IMG/VR virus record: IMGVR_UViG_3300024308_000016
Coordinates: 124,001-188,000 of that record
Direction: 5' to 3' (one strand)
DNA length: 64,000 nt
The number at the start of each line of letters is the position of its first letter. Position 1 is the stretch's first letter. Shown here one piece after another: positions 1-8,913 of the stretch. The notes under the pieces are model-generated. The model searched no databases. It saw only the letters and a list, made by a program, of their open reading frames with translations, and was not told the origin of the DNA. The position numbers and the translations under genes were made by a program.

Positions 1-22
1 TAACAGCCTGGCATAGGGACCT

Positions 23-69
23 GTCCCGAGCTCCCGGCGGGGAGCTCAGGATGGGACTCTTTTTCTTTT
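23..69 (+). terminator. Intrinsic terminator-like hairpin
   Basis: GAGCTCCC-ggcg-GGGAGCTC (28-47) with an outer GTCCC/GGGAC pair, followed by a T-rich tract. Confidence 0.75.
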
Positions 70-436
70 ACCTTTGGGTATCAGGCAGGCGCAGCTTGTT
101 GCGGGCAGTCATGTACACGGAGGTAATAGCCTCCAGCACCTGGATATCGGGCAGCAGCACGTCCATGGACTGCCCCGAGTAGTCCGCTGGAGACTTCAGT
201 CCGTTCAACAGCATGATCACCCGGTGATACTTCGGAGGGATGGAGAAATGGGTCAGCACCGCGAAGAAGTCACCCCTGGCATTGTCGAGAATGCTGTCAG
301 GGATAGGCCGATACTCGGGGCGGCCGGCTCGCTTGAACCATTCCAGGTGAGAGTCCTGCACCTGGATCAGGTCTTTGTCAAAGTACAGCGTCGCATCTGT
401 ATTGAAGATGGAGCCTTGGAAGATTTTCATAGCCAT
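68..436 (-). CDS. Conserved phiKZ-like small protein, possibly baseplate wedge/LysM-like (T4 gp53-like)
   Basis: Start moved to ATG 436. The pattern RGDFFAVL...IPPKYHRVIMLLNGLKSPADY...LLPD resembles phage gp53-like proteins. Divergent from the nvRNAP beta gene. Confidence 0.6.
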   Translation of the reverse strand: MAMKIFQGSIFNTDATLYFDKDLIQVQDSHLEWFKRAGRPEYRPIPDSILDNARGDFFAVLTHFSIPPKYHRVIMLLNGLKSPADYSGQSMDVLLPDIQVLEAITSVYMTARNKLRLPDTQR

Positions 437-462
437 AAGAGCTGTTCCCAATAATAAATAGG

Positions 463-476
463 CACTTACACTTTAC
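463..476 (+). promoter_or_regulatory. Candidate phage promoter element CACTTACACTTTAC (copy 1)
   Basis: Exact 14-nt match to 56607-56620. Both copies are intergenic, about 40-50 nt upstream of a start codon. Confidence 0.5.
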
Positions 477-525
477 TTGGAAACCACGTCAAAGGTTTTC
501 GAGTTTCACTTGAAAGGAAGAAGGT

Positions 526-2703
526 ATGGAGAATCTGGCAGCACAGATTATGCGTGGGGAGTTGCCGCCTCACCTGATCAATGAGCTGCGTCCTGAGTTC
601 GTGGGCGTACACGCCCTGAATCCGGGACTCGCCAGTAACAGCCCATCTCGCTCGACGATGATGAGCTCGCACATCTCTCAGCATTTGGTGACCGAGCACA
701 TGGATATTCCGCTGACCATAGCGGGACCCGAGGTGGAGTACAGCAAATACACCACTGCCAGCCGCATACCCTGCGACTGTACTGTGTTCGACACCATCGA
801 CCGCTATCCGCGCGGCATGAGCGAGAACTCTCTGAAGTTCAATCCGGAAACCCTGGTGTTTTACTGCGATGAAAACACCGGCGAGTACAACTTCATCAGT
901 GTGCCCTACCACGTCAGCCTGCATCAGTATTTCGGCTATAAGAATGTCAAAACTGATGCCATCAACCGATTGACGCCAGGCGCCTTCCTCAAAGAAGGCA
1001 CCGTGTTGGCCGATACACCCGGTAATGTGGGTAAGTTCTATACCGCGACGACCAACCTGAACGTGATGCTGGCCTCGGACGCCGGTGTGGCTGAGGACGG
1101 CATCATCGCATGTCGGGAGTCGTTGGACAAGCTCGCCTACAAGGTGTACGAAAAGCGAACAGCCTCCGTGGGTCTGAAGAAGTTCCCTGTGAACATCGGC
1201 GGGCCCGACGAGTACAAGTGCTTTTACGACATCGGTGACGAAGTTCCCATCTCCGGGGAATTGATGTACCTGCGCGAATATGTGCCGGGCTTGTCGCCCG
1301 TCATGATGAGTCGCAGGGCCACCCGAGAGGTGGACTATACGTTCGACGAAATTGTCTATGCGCGCCAAGGTGCCGTGGGCAAGGTCGTCGACATCCAAGT
1401 CATCGGCAATGCGGACACCATCCGCGCACTGCCGACGGAAATGACTGCGCAGTTCGAGAAGTATCGGCAAGCCGGTATTCGCTTCAATAAAGCGATCCTC
1501 GAGTTGGAAAAGCGCATGATCCGGGACAGTCGCCAACGCTTTGGCACTGAGTATCCCAAGATCAACTCTGCCTTGCAGCGCCTGTTGGTAGACGCTCGTG
1601 CGTTGACTAACCATGACGAAGCTCGCATGGGTAAGAGCCTGCAGCTTCTGATGAACCGAAATGTGCTCGACGAGTATCAAATCGAGTTCACGATCGAGTA
1701 CACCATTGTTCCCGATATCGGGTTCAAACTGACCAGTATTTCGGGCGATAAGGGAGTGATCACCTCGATCCTTCCCAAAAGCCAAATGCCTCGTGATGCC
1801 GACGGAAACATCGCCGATCTCGTCATGGCCCCAGATGGCACTGTAGCGCGGACCAACTATGCGCGCGGCTACCTCATGTATCTGGGTGGCGCTGCCCGCG
1901 ACATGAGCAAGAGACTGTACACGATGACCGGGCTTGATGCGCGCTGCTCGCCTGATGACGTCGAGTACATGGATGACGGACGCTTCAACCACGTGTGGTC
2001 GACGCTTATCCGTTACTACGACTGCATCCATCCCGACTTTGCGAAGGATATGGATGATCTGTCACCAGCAGACAAGCGCACTCATATCTTCGAGTGCTTG
2101 GAGGCGGGAGTGATCAACTTCCGGGATATCGCGTGTCCCAAGCCTTTGCCTGTCGCTGTCATGGACCTGGAGGCCATGTTCCCACAGACCTTCGGGCCTG
2201 TGACACATCAGCTGATCAACGCCGGTGTCACCGAAACCACCGTCAACGCCGTGCGCATCGCACCGCTGCCAATCATGCTGCTGGACAAAACCACTGACGA
2301 CACCCTGGTAGCAGCTACAGCCGCTCATGGTGCTTTTGGTGTTCTTACCAAGCACAACCAGACTGACCGGTACTCCAAGCCGTGGAAGGATTCTCCTCCA
2401 CGAGCACAAGGCGAGTCCGAGAACCGGACATACGCTACCCACTCCATGAGTCCGGAGATGGTAGCGGAGATGATGGACCGCTCCAACAACCCAGCTGTGC
2501 AGCTGGAGATGGTGCGCCAAATCGTCAACAGCGAGACCCCGGGATATATCGAGGACATCGTCGATCGAGACAAGTTCCCTCTCGGCAGCCCCAAGCCTCT
2601 GGAGTTGATGCACAACTTCTTCCAGTGCTACGGTGTGCGCTTCAGGTATGTGGCAGAAGACATGCGTGAAGTTATTAGGGATCACGTCAATACGATGCAT
2701 TGA
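526..2703 (+). CDS. Non-virion RNA polymerase beta subunit, C-terminal part (phiKZ gp71-73-like)
   Basis: 725 aa; FKLTSISGDKGVI matches the beta catalytic-lysine motif (K..RHG.KG), followed by DLVMAPDGTVARTN; GESE motif near the C-terminus; directly upstream of a beta'-like gene. Confidence 0.9.
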   Translation: MENLAAQIMRGELPPHLINELRPEFVGVHALNPGLASNSPSRSTMMSSHISQHLVTEHMDIPLTIAGPEVEYSKYTTASRIPCDCTVFDTIDRYPRGMSENSLKFNPETLVFYCDENTGEYNFISVPYHVSLHQYFGYKNVKTDAINRLTPGAFLKEGTVLADTPGNVGKFYTATTNLNVMLASDAGVAEDGIIACRESLDKLAYKVYEKRTASVGLKKFPVNIGGPDEYKCFYDIGDEVPISGELMYLREYVPGLSPVMMSRRATREVDYTFDEIVYARQGAVGKVVDIQVIGNADTIRALPTEMTAQFEKYRQAGIRFNKAILELEKRMIRDSRQRFGTEYPKINSALQRLLVDARALTNHDEARMGKSLQLLMNRNVLDEYQIEFTIEYTIVPDIGFKLTSISGDKGVITSILPKSQMPRDADGNIADLVMAPDGTVARTNYARGYLMYLGGAARDMSKRLYTMTGLDARCSPDDVEYMDDGRFNHVWSTLIRYYDCIHPDFAKDMDDLSPADKRTHIFECLEAGVINFRDIACPKPLPVAVMDLEAMFPQTFGPVTHQLINAGVTETTVNAVRIAPLPIMLLDKTTDDTLVAATAAHGAFGVLTKHNQTDRYSKPWKDSPPRAQGESENRTYATHSMSPEMVAEMMDRSNNPAVQLEMVRQIVNSETPGYIEDIVDRDKFPLGSPKPLELMHNFFQCYGVRFRYVAEDMREVIRDHVNTMH

Positions 2704-2720
2704 TAAACAAGAGAGCCTAA

Positions 2721-4760
2721 ATGTCGAATATCGCGAAAGCACGGGATTTCATTCACATGGATCCCGAGGAAGTGCTGAGTTATCCTAAGCGTTTCCAGAT
2801 GGAGTTTGACAATGGCGAGATCCGGGAAGTGCAGCGCAAGCTGACGTGGGCATCGATGTTCGCGTGGCGTATCTTGAGGAAGTTCCCCGGCACTCCGGTA
2901 CTTCCCGATCACCACTTCCAGTTTATCCTCGATGGCAAGAACCTGCAGTCGAGCACTCATAACAAGTGCGCGTCTAACATCTTCAAGACCATCGTGGGCG
3001 ACGGATTTATCTCGCCGGAAGATCGAGAGGTCTTCCAATACGAGGTGCAATGCTTCGTCAATGACCTGTACAACGGGTTGCGGGAGAAGTCGGGTCGACA
3101 CCTTCAGACCATCGACATCGTGGACTGTATCAAAGTGATGATGCACCCACCAGTGCTCGAAGCCTGGGTAAATGCAGAATCCACCCCTCGTGGGGTGGAC
3201 GCAGTAAACACCGTCATCAAGGATTCGATCTACAAGGACAAGGAGCTCAAGTACAACGGCATGGCCATGGCTATGCGTAGTGGCTCCGTCAAGGCCAACC
3301 AGGTCTACCAATCGGTGGGCGTTCGCGGTTTCCCGAAAGAGATCGATGGACGCATCTACCGCACGATGATCTTGTCCAACTACGTGTTTGGCATCACGAA
3401 CTTATATGAGTTCGCCGCTGACTCTCGTGGTTCGGCTGAGCACTTGATGGCCACTGAGAGCCCCTTGCAGGATTCGGAATACTTCTCCCGGCGCCTGCAG
3501 CTGCAAACGTGTGTGCTCGAGCGTATCGAGTATACTGACTGCGGCACGTCCAAGACCATCCCCTGGCTTGTCAAGCCGTCGGCCTACGACGAGTCCTCGG
3601 GTGATTTCTATCCAGGCGATCTGAAGTTCATGATCGGCAAGAAGTACATCGATCCCAAAACCGGTGGACTCAATACGATCTTCGGCTATGAAAAGCACCT
3701 GGAAGGCAAAACCATCCAAGTGCGTTCGGTGCTCACCTGTGAGCACTCCGACCCTCATGCCGTCTGTCAGGTCTGCTTCGGGATGACGGCCAACAACCAC
3801 TCCCGCTGGGCCAACGTGGGTGTGGTGGCCGCTACCACCATCGTGTCCAAGATCTCACAAAAGACCTTGTCTACCAAGCACCACATTGCATCGGGCCAGG
3901 GCTCGGGCATTGTGCTGAACTCGGCACTGAAGACCTACTTCCGGAGAGGTCCAAAGAACACCGACTATGTGCTGGAGAAAGATACGGCCACCTGGGGTCT
4001 CAAGCTCATCGTACCCAGAGATGGAGCACTGGGACTGGTGGACATCGAAAACATGGATGCCGATCTGGAAAAGCTCAACCCCGAGCGGATCACCGGCTTT
4101 GACATCATCCGGATGGTGGGCAAGAATCCTATCACCGGGGTGGAGTTCTCGGACTCGTTGACCGTGATGCAGGGCAACCGGATGGCGTCCATGAGCATCA
4201 AGCTGCTGCGCTATATCCAAAAGCACGGCAAGGAGATGGACAACCGCAACAACTTCGTGATCGACCTCAGGCACTGGGACTTCAACGATGTGCTGCTGAC
4301 GCTGCCTGACATTCAGGTGTCGTTCTCTGCGCACGGCAATGCGATCGCGGAAGTGATCGAGTCCAAGTTCTCCCAGATCTCGGAGCGCAACTCGGAAGAC
4401 GCACCTCTGCGTGTGCTCAACCAAGTGTTCGATATGGTCACTCCAAAGCTCGATGTGCCTTTTGTGGCATTCGAGTGCGTGGTCTATCCGTTGCAGGTTC
4501 CCCGACAAGGCAGTTACGCAATGAGTCGTGGGTCCCCCAACCCCGTGATGGGCATCGGCAAGGACCTGATCCTCAACCGCTCTATGGGCACAGCATGCGC
4601 TTACCAGGAATGGAAGTACAACATTCTGAGCCCTAAGAGCTACGTCAAGACCGGCAAACCCAGCACCGTGATGGATGTGTTCATCTGTCCGCGTGAGGTG
4701 GTCGCTGAGTTCAAGGCCCGTAAACTGGGACCTCACCGCATCAAGCGGCACGCTTTCTAA
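2721..4760 (+). CDS. Non-virion RNA polymerase beta' subunit, C-terminal part (phiKZ gp74-like)
   Basis: 679 aa; bridge-helix-like DSEYFSRRL, then DCGT, Zn site RSVLTC...C..CFG and trigger-loop-like GVVAATTIVSKISQKTLSTKH. Confidence 0.9.
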   Translation: MSNIAKARDFIHMDPEEVLSYPKRFQMEFDNGEIREVQRKLTWASMFAWRILRKFPGTPVLPDHHFQFILDGKNLQSSTHNKCASNIFKTIVGDGFISPEDREVFQYEVQCFVNDLYNGLREKSGRHLQTIDIVDCIKVMMHPPVLEAWVNAESTPRGVDAVNTVIKDSIYKDKELKYNGMAMAMRSGSVKANQVYQSVGVRGFPKEIDGRIYRTMILSNYVFGITNLYEFAADSRGSAEHLMATESPLQDSEYFSRRLQLQTCVLERIEYTDCGTSKTIPWLVKPSAYDESSGDFYPGDLKFMIGKKYIDPKTGGLNTIFGYEKHLEGKTIQVRSVLTCEHSDPHAVCQVCFGMTANNHSRWANVGVVAATTIVSKISQKTLSTKHHIASGQGSGIVLNSALKTYFRRGPKNTDYVLEKDTATWGLKLIVPRDGALGLVDIENMDADLEKLNPERITGFDIIRMVGKNPITGVEFSDSLTVMQGNRMASMSIKLLRYIQKHGKEMDNRNNFVIDLRHWDFNDVLLTLPDIQVSFSAHGNAIAEVIESKFSQISERNSEDAPLRVLNQVFDMVTPKLDVPFVAFECVVYPLQVPRQGSYAMSRGSPNPVMGIGKDLILNRSMGTACAYQEWKYNILSPKSYVKTGKPSTVMDVFICPREVVAEFKARKLGPHRIKRHAF

Positions 4761-4767
4761 GCACCAC

Positions 4768-4814
4768 TGATCCTCGGAGAGCTTCGGCTCTCCGGGGGTC
4801 AGCTCTTTTCTTTT
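4768..4814 (+). terminator. Intrinsic terminator
   Basis: TGATCCTCGGAGAGC-TTCG-GCTCTCCGGGGGTCA with a UUCG loop, then CTTTTCTTTT. Confidence 0.85.
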
Positions 4815-4861
4815 ATGACCCATGGAGGTTATCCACTGAGAGAATCTTTGAGGTAAACCGT

Positions 4862-7180
4862 ATGACTGTGACTGCTACTAAGCCCAGGAACCCATATGGA
4901 GAGCTCGCCATCTATTCCCACAGCTTCATCGTCAAGGGTCATTGTGACCGGGTGATCAAGGCCGCCCGCACGGTGCTTGATCGCTATAGCGAAAAGAAGT
5001 GGGAGAAGGTCAAAGTCGGAGACGGTGAGTTTGTCAACCGCCAAGTCATCGACAAGCGATACGGGACGGCGTTTCCCGATGGCGTCACTTTCCAGTTCCA
5101 CAAAGGGCAATTCAACGAATTCAAACAGCTGCTGCAGTCCATGGAGGTCTACATCGATGCCATGGACATCTACACAGCTCCTACCTACACGCCTCGAAAG
5201 GTGGAGTACGATCTTCGGGAAGGCCGGGTCCTTCGGGACTACCAAGACAATGCCAAGGAGTTTGCACGAGCCGACATCAGCTCGGGTGACCACTTCTCCA
5301 AACTGATCGCCATGCCCACGGGCACCGGCAAAGCTCTGAGTGCCGACACACTCATGGTCACCCGGGACAAGGGAGTGATCCCTTTAAAGGAAGTGATCGT
5401 GGGTGATGAGGTCATGGCGCCTGATGGCTCCTGGACTGTGGTGTTGGGTGTGTATCCCCAGGGGCTGAGGAAGTCCTGGACTGTCACGTTTTTGGACGGT
5501 CGCTCAGTGACATGCGATGCTGAGCATGACTGGGAAGTCATGAAGAATGGCTGTATGGACACCCAGGTGGTCAACACCGAACAGTTAGAAGAGCTGGTTC
5601 TCAGTGATCCGTACTGCGTGCCGTTCTTTGACCCACTGGTGTACTTCTCTGAGCGAGAGGACTACTACGAGGTCACGCAGGCGTTGGTGACAGCTGTGGA
5701 GCGCTCAGGCTTCATCCACGACGAGCAGTTGTACATCGACTGCCCGACTCCGGAAGCTGCCACTGCTTTGGTCGATCTTGCTCACTCCCTGGGTTCGATC
5801 GCAGCACTGAGTCAGATCCTTGCACAGGGCATGCAAGTGTTGGTGCACAATCGCTTCTTGGCCAAGACGCTGTATGAAGCGATCAATCCAGATCGCCGAG
5901 CAGGGATGACACAAGACGCCTACATCCGCAGGCAAACCAACATCACTGGAGTGCCGATCTCCCGTGTGGTGCCCGAGGATGTGTGTGACATGATCTGCAT
6001 CGAGGTCGATCACCATTCTCACCTGTTTGTGCTGGCCAACTTCATCGTCACCCACAATACCGTCACCAGCTGCGCCATCGCTGCTGAAGAAAAGACCCGC
6101 TGGCTCGTATCTGTATTGCCAAAGTACAAGGACAAGTGGGGCTCTGATGTGGTGGAGAACCTGAACCTCAAGCCCAAAGAGGTGATGATTGTAGAGAGCA
6201 CCGATCAGCTGCGTGGGCTGATTGACATGTGCAAGACCCACGGCACCAAGAAACTCCAACCCGTCATCGTTGTCACCTTGACTACGCTGGCGACATTTTT
6301 CAAGCTGTGGATGAAAGACCCGCAGGGCTGCATCGAGGACTATGGCTGTGAGCCTATGGACCTGTGGCGTATCTTGGACATCGGCACTGTGTCGGTGGAC
6401 GAAGCGCACGAGCACATCTACAGCATCTACTTGCTGGCGATGCACCTGCATGGACCCAAGTTCGTCTCCATGAGTGGCACCATGGTGGCGGAAGATCCCT
6501 TCGTTGAGATGATCCAGAAAATCATCTTCCCGATGGTCAAACGCTATGACCAAGTCAAGATGGGTAAGTACATCGACGTCGAGTTCCTGGGATTCTCCAT
6601 CAAGCGGGAATTCAGGCACAAGATCCGGTGCACGGCGTTCGGTAGAAACGACTACTCGCATGTGGAGTTCGAGAAGTCCATCATGCGCAACAAACTCGTC
6701 CTCAATGCCTGGCTCATCATGATCGAGGTCATGATCAGTTACAGCTACTACGACCGAAGGGTCAAGGGTGACAAGCTTGTCGTGTACGCCGCCACCACTG
6801 ACATGGTCAACATCTTGGTCAACCGCTTCAAGCAAACGTACCCGGATCTGGTGATCATGCGCTACGCCAAGACAGAAGGCGACAAGTACAAAAACATCCT
6901 GAGCGCCGACATCACGGGCTCAACGCTGCAGTCTTCTGGGACCGCGGTGGACATCCCCAATCTCATCACCGTCATCTGCACCACCATGGTCAACTCCGCC
7001 AGGACCAACTTGCAGATGCTGGGACGATTGCGGGATTTGGCCGGCAAGCAGATGAAGTGCCTGATGCCCTTTTGCAAGGACATCCCCAAGCACCGATCGT
7101 ACACGGCGTATCGAGCAGACTTGTTCCAAGACCGCTCTAAGTCCATCAAGACGTTCTACTACGACCGAGATCTCGGTTAA
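4862..7180 (+). CDS. SF2 (DEAH-like) helicase, phiKZ gp75-like, intein-containing
   Basis: 772 aa; LRDYQ Q-motif, Walker A MPTGTGK/T split by an intein, VDEAHE Walker B, SMSGT motif III, QMLGRLR motif VI. Confidence 0.9.
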   Translation: MTVTATKPRNPYGELAIYSHSFIVKGHCDRVIKAARTVLDRYSEKKWEKVKVGDGEFVNRQVIDKRYGTAFPDGVTFQFHKGQFNEFKQLLQSMEVYIDAMDIYTAPTYTPRKVEYDLREGRVLRDYQDNAKEFARADISSGDHFSKLIAMPTGTGKALSADTLMVTRDKGVIPLKEVIVGDEVMAPDGSWTVVLGVYPQGLRKSWTVTFLDGRSVTCDAEHDWEVMKNGCMDTQVVNTEQLEELVLSDPYCVPFFDPLVYFSEREDYYEVTQALVTAVERSGFIHDEQLYIDCPTPEAATALVDLAHSLGSIAALSQILAQGMQVLVHNRFLAKTLYEAINPDRRAGMTQDAYIRRQTNITGVPISRVVPEDVCDMICIEVDHHSHLFVLANFIVTHNTVTSCAIAAEEKTRWLVSVLPKYKDKWGSDVVENLNLKPKEVMIVESTDQLRGLIDMCKTHGTKKLQPVIVVTLTTLATFFKLWMKDPQGCIEDYGCEPMDLWRILDIGTVSVDEAHEHIYSIYLLAMHLHGPKFVSMSGTMVAEDPFVEMIQKIIFPMVKRYDQVKMGKYIDVEFLGFSIKREFRHKIRCTAFGRNDYSHVEFEKSIMRNKLVLNAWLIMIEVMISYSYYDRRVKGDKLVVYAATTDMVNILVNRFKQTYPDLVIMRYAKTEGDKYKNILSADITGSTLQSSGTAVDIPNLITVICTTMVNSARTNLQMLGRLRDLAGKQMKCLMPFCKDIPKHRSYTAYRADLFQDRSKSIKTFYYDRDLG
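5333..6058 (+). mobile_element. Class 3 (Ala1) intein, 242 aa, with a degenerate LAGLIDADG remnant
   Basis: Begins GK|ALSADT and ends FIVTHN|T. Block B is TCDAEHDW, block F is MICIEVD, block G is VTHN. Removal restores the P-loop GTGKT. Confidence 0.92.
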
Positions 7181-7186
7181 CACAGC

Positions 7187-7240
7187 AAAAGCTCCCTCTC
7201 TCCAGCCGCAAGGCTGGAGAGAGGTAGAGCTCTTTTTTTT
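7187..7240. terminator. Bidirectional terminator between convergent genes
   Basis: CTCTCTCCAGCC-GCAA-GGCTGGAGAGAG (7196-7223), with AAAA upstream and a T-tract downstream. Confidence 0.85.
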
Positions 7241-7245
7241 GTCCC

Positions 7246-7806
7246 TTATTGCAAAGGGATGCCGTAGACACGACTGATGTCGTTGTTGGTAGTGTTGATG
7301 CAAAAGTCCCGCACCCAGTTCACGTCCTGGTTGGTCTTCTCCCAAAGACGGGTGAAGTACGTGTCCGAACGCTCCATGTTGAAGGCGTCGTATGCTCTCA
7401 CCACCAAGTCCGAGATCTTGACGATCTCCCAGAGCGTGCCACCTGGCATCTTGGGGTTCAGGATCTGCGTGAGGCCGTTGATGTAAGTGGCGAAGAAGAT
7501 CTCGTACAGCTTGATGGGGTCAGGTAGATCACCCCAGCTGACGATGATCGGAGACTCCTTTTTGATGGGGTCGTACTTGTCACCGTGCGTCCATCCCTCG
7601 TTGATGAGATTGGAGTACCAGTGGTCGTGCATCTGAGGCGCTTTGGCGCCCGTCTGCATGCAATAGTCCGCCATCCCTGTGATCATGTTGCGCTGCCAGT
7701 AAGGCGTCTCTCCCCAGGTCTTCAAGTTGAAGGGATTGCCCGAGATGTCAGCGAACTGTTTAACAAAGCCGTAAGCCAGCTCCGTCATTGTAAAGAGGTT
7801 GCTCAT
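7246..7806 (-). CDS. RyR-domain (ryanodine-receptor repeat-like) phage protein
   Basis: 186 aa; HDHW...EGWTHGDKYDPIKKESPIIVSWGDLP fits the RyR repeat pattern H..W......GW.YG...D...K.HP.LV.Y..LP. Confidence 0.7.
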   Translation of the reverse strand: MSNLFTMTELAYGFVKQFADISGNPFNLKTWGETPYWQRNMITGMADYCMQTGAKAPQMHDHWYSNLINEGWTHGDKYDPIKKESPIIVSWGDLPDPIKLYEIFFATYINGLTQILNPKMPGGTLWEIVKISDLVVRAYDAFNMERSDTYFTRLWEKTNQDVNWVRDFCINTTNNDISRVYGIPLQ

Positions 7807-7825
7807 ATGCGGTCCTTATATAGAC

Positions 7826-7862
7826 AGCGCCTACCGCCTCCTTGCGGAGGCGATAGGGCTAT
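7826..7862 (-). terminator. Hairpin (GCAA loop on minus strand) after the 7879-8910 gene
   Basis: CGCCTCC-TTGC-GGAGGCG (7835-7852) plus extended pairing. Confidence 0.6.
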
Positions 7863-7878
7863 CGGAGATGCCCTTGTA

Positions 7879-8910
7879 TTAGGGCTTGCTGGTCTTGAGT
7901 TCCTTCAGACGCGCGTTGTCGATGAAGTTGCGCAGGCGGCCCAGCGCTTCGATCGACAGACCAGTCTGTGCATCAGCGGGGATGGTCACATCACGGGCGT
8001 GATCGGAAGCACAGGCCATCAGCACGTTCATCAGGCGAGTGAAGAGGTTGAACTGCTCGGGAGAGCGGCTCCACTCCTGGCCGCCACGCATGGCGTACAG
8101 AGGCGAGAAGCAGTGGTTGCGGTACTCGCGGAAGTACATGATGGCGATGCGCCACAGGCGATCGAATTCCAGCACGGGAGCGGTTTCCACCAGCTCGTAC
8201 AGCTTCAGGTACAGGCCTTCCTGAGCTTTCCTGATTTGCTCGGGTGTGCGCGGCCGACGAGGGGCCATGTCCACCACGTACTGGTTCAGGAAGTTGATCA
8301 GGCGGATCGCTGTTGGCGTGCCGCGGGCCAGCTCGTTGTTCACCAGGCCGGTGAATTCAGCACTGGGCTGGAAGTTGGCCACGATGACTTCAGGGCTTTC
8401 AGCACGCTTGGCCTTCATGGCGCTGTGCGTGGCCACGCGGCTTTGGTACGAAGGAGGAGAGGTGGGCTCTTCCACCTTAGGTTGCACGAGGGCAGGGGCC
8501 GGAGGCAGCGTGGTTTTGACTTCAGGCACAGCCAGCGTGGGTTCGGGGATGGCTGCGGCGCGCTCGGACGCTTCCACTTGGGTGGAGGGCTCCAGAGCCA
8601 CACGCTGCACGTTCACCACATCGCCTTCAGCGATACCGGCGACTTCCACAACCAGCTTGGTGGCGCCAGGATCGGGGCGATCGACCTTGTCGTCGCCAGG
8701 CAGGCCAGCGGGCAGGTCAGCAGCAGGAGCGCCCAAGGCGCCTTCATCTTCGACCACGGCGGGGGCTGCCGCTTCTTCGGGCTTGGCAGCTTCAGCAGCG
8801 GCAGCTTCGTCACGCTGCTGGGCCAGTGCCAGGGGATCGAGCACTTCGGTTTCGTGGCTCTTTGCACGGCCAGTGAAGCTGGCTGCATCGGGGCGGTTCT
8901 TGCGAGACAT
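7879..8910 (-). CDS. Conserved hypothetical protein of phiKZ-like phages
   Basis: 343 aa; Ala/Pro/Glu-rich N-terminal half and a helical C-terminal domain; codon usage like neighbouring genes; co-oriented cluster. Confidence 0.75.
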   Translation of the reverse strand: MSRKNRPDAASFTGRAKSHETEVLDPLALAQQRDEAAAAEAAKPEEAAAPAVVEDEGALGAPAADLPAGLPGDDKVDRPDPGATKLVVEVAGIAEGDVVNVQRVALEPSTQVEASERAAAIPEPTLAVPEVKTTLPPAPALVQPKVEEPTSPPSYQSRVATHSAMKAKRAESPEVIVANFQPSAEFTGLVNNELARGTPTAIRLINFLNQYVVDMAPRRPRTPEQIRKAQEGLYLKLYELVETAPVLEFDRLWRIAIMYFREYRNHCFSPLYAMRGGQEWSRSPEQFNLFTRLMNVLMACASDHARDVTIPADAQTGLSIEALGRLRNFIDNARLKELKTSKP

Positions 8911-8913
8911 GGA

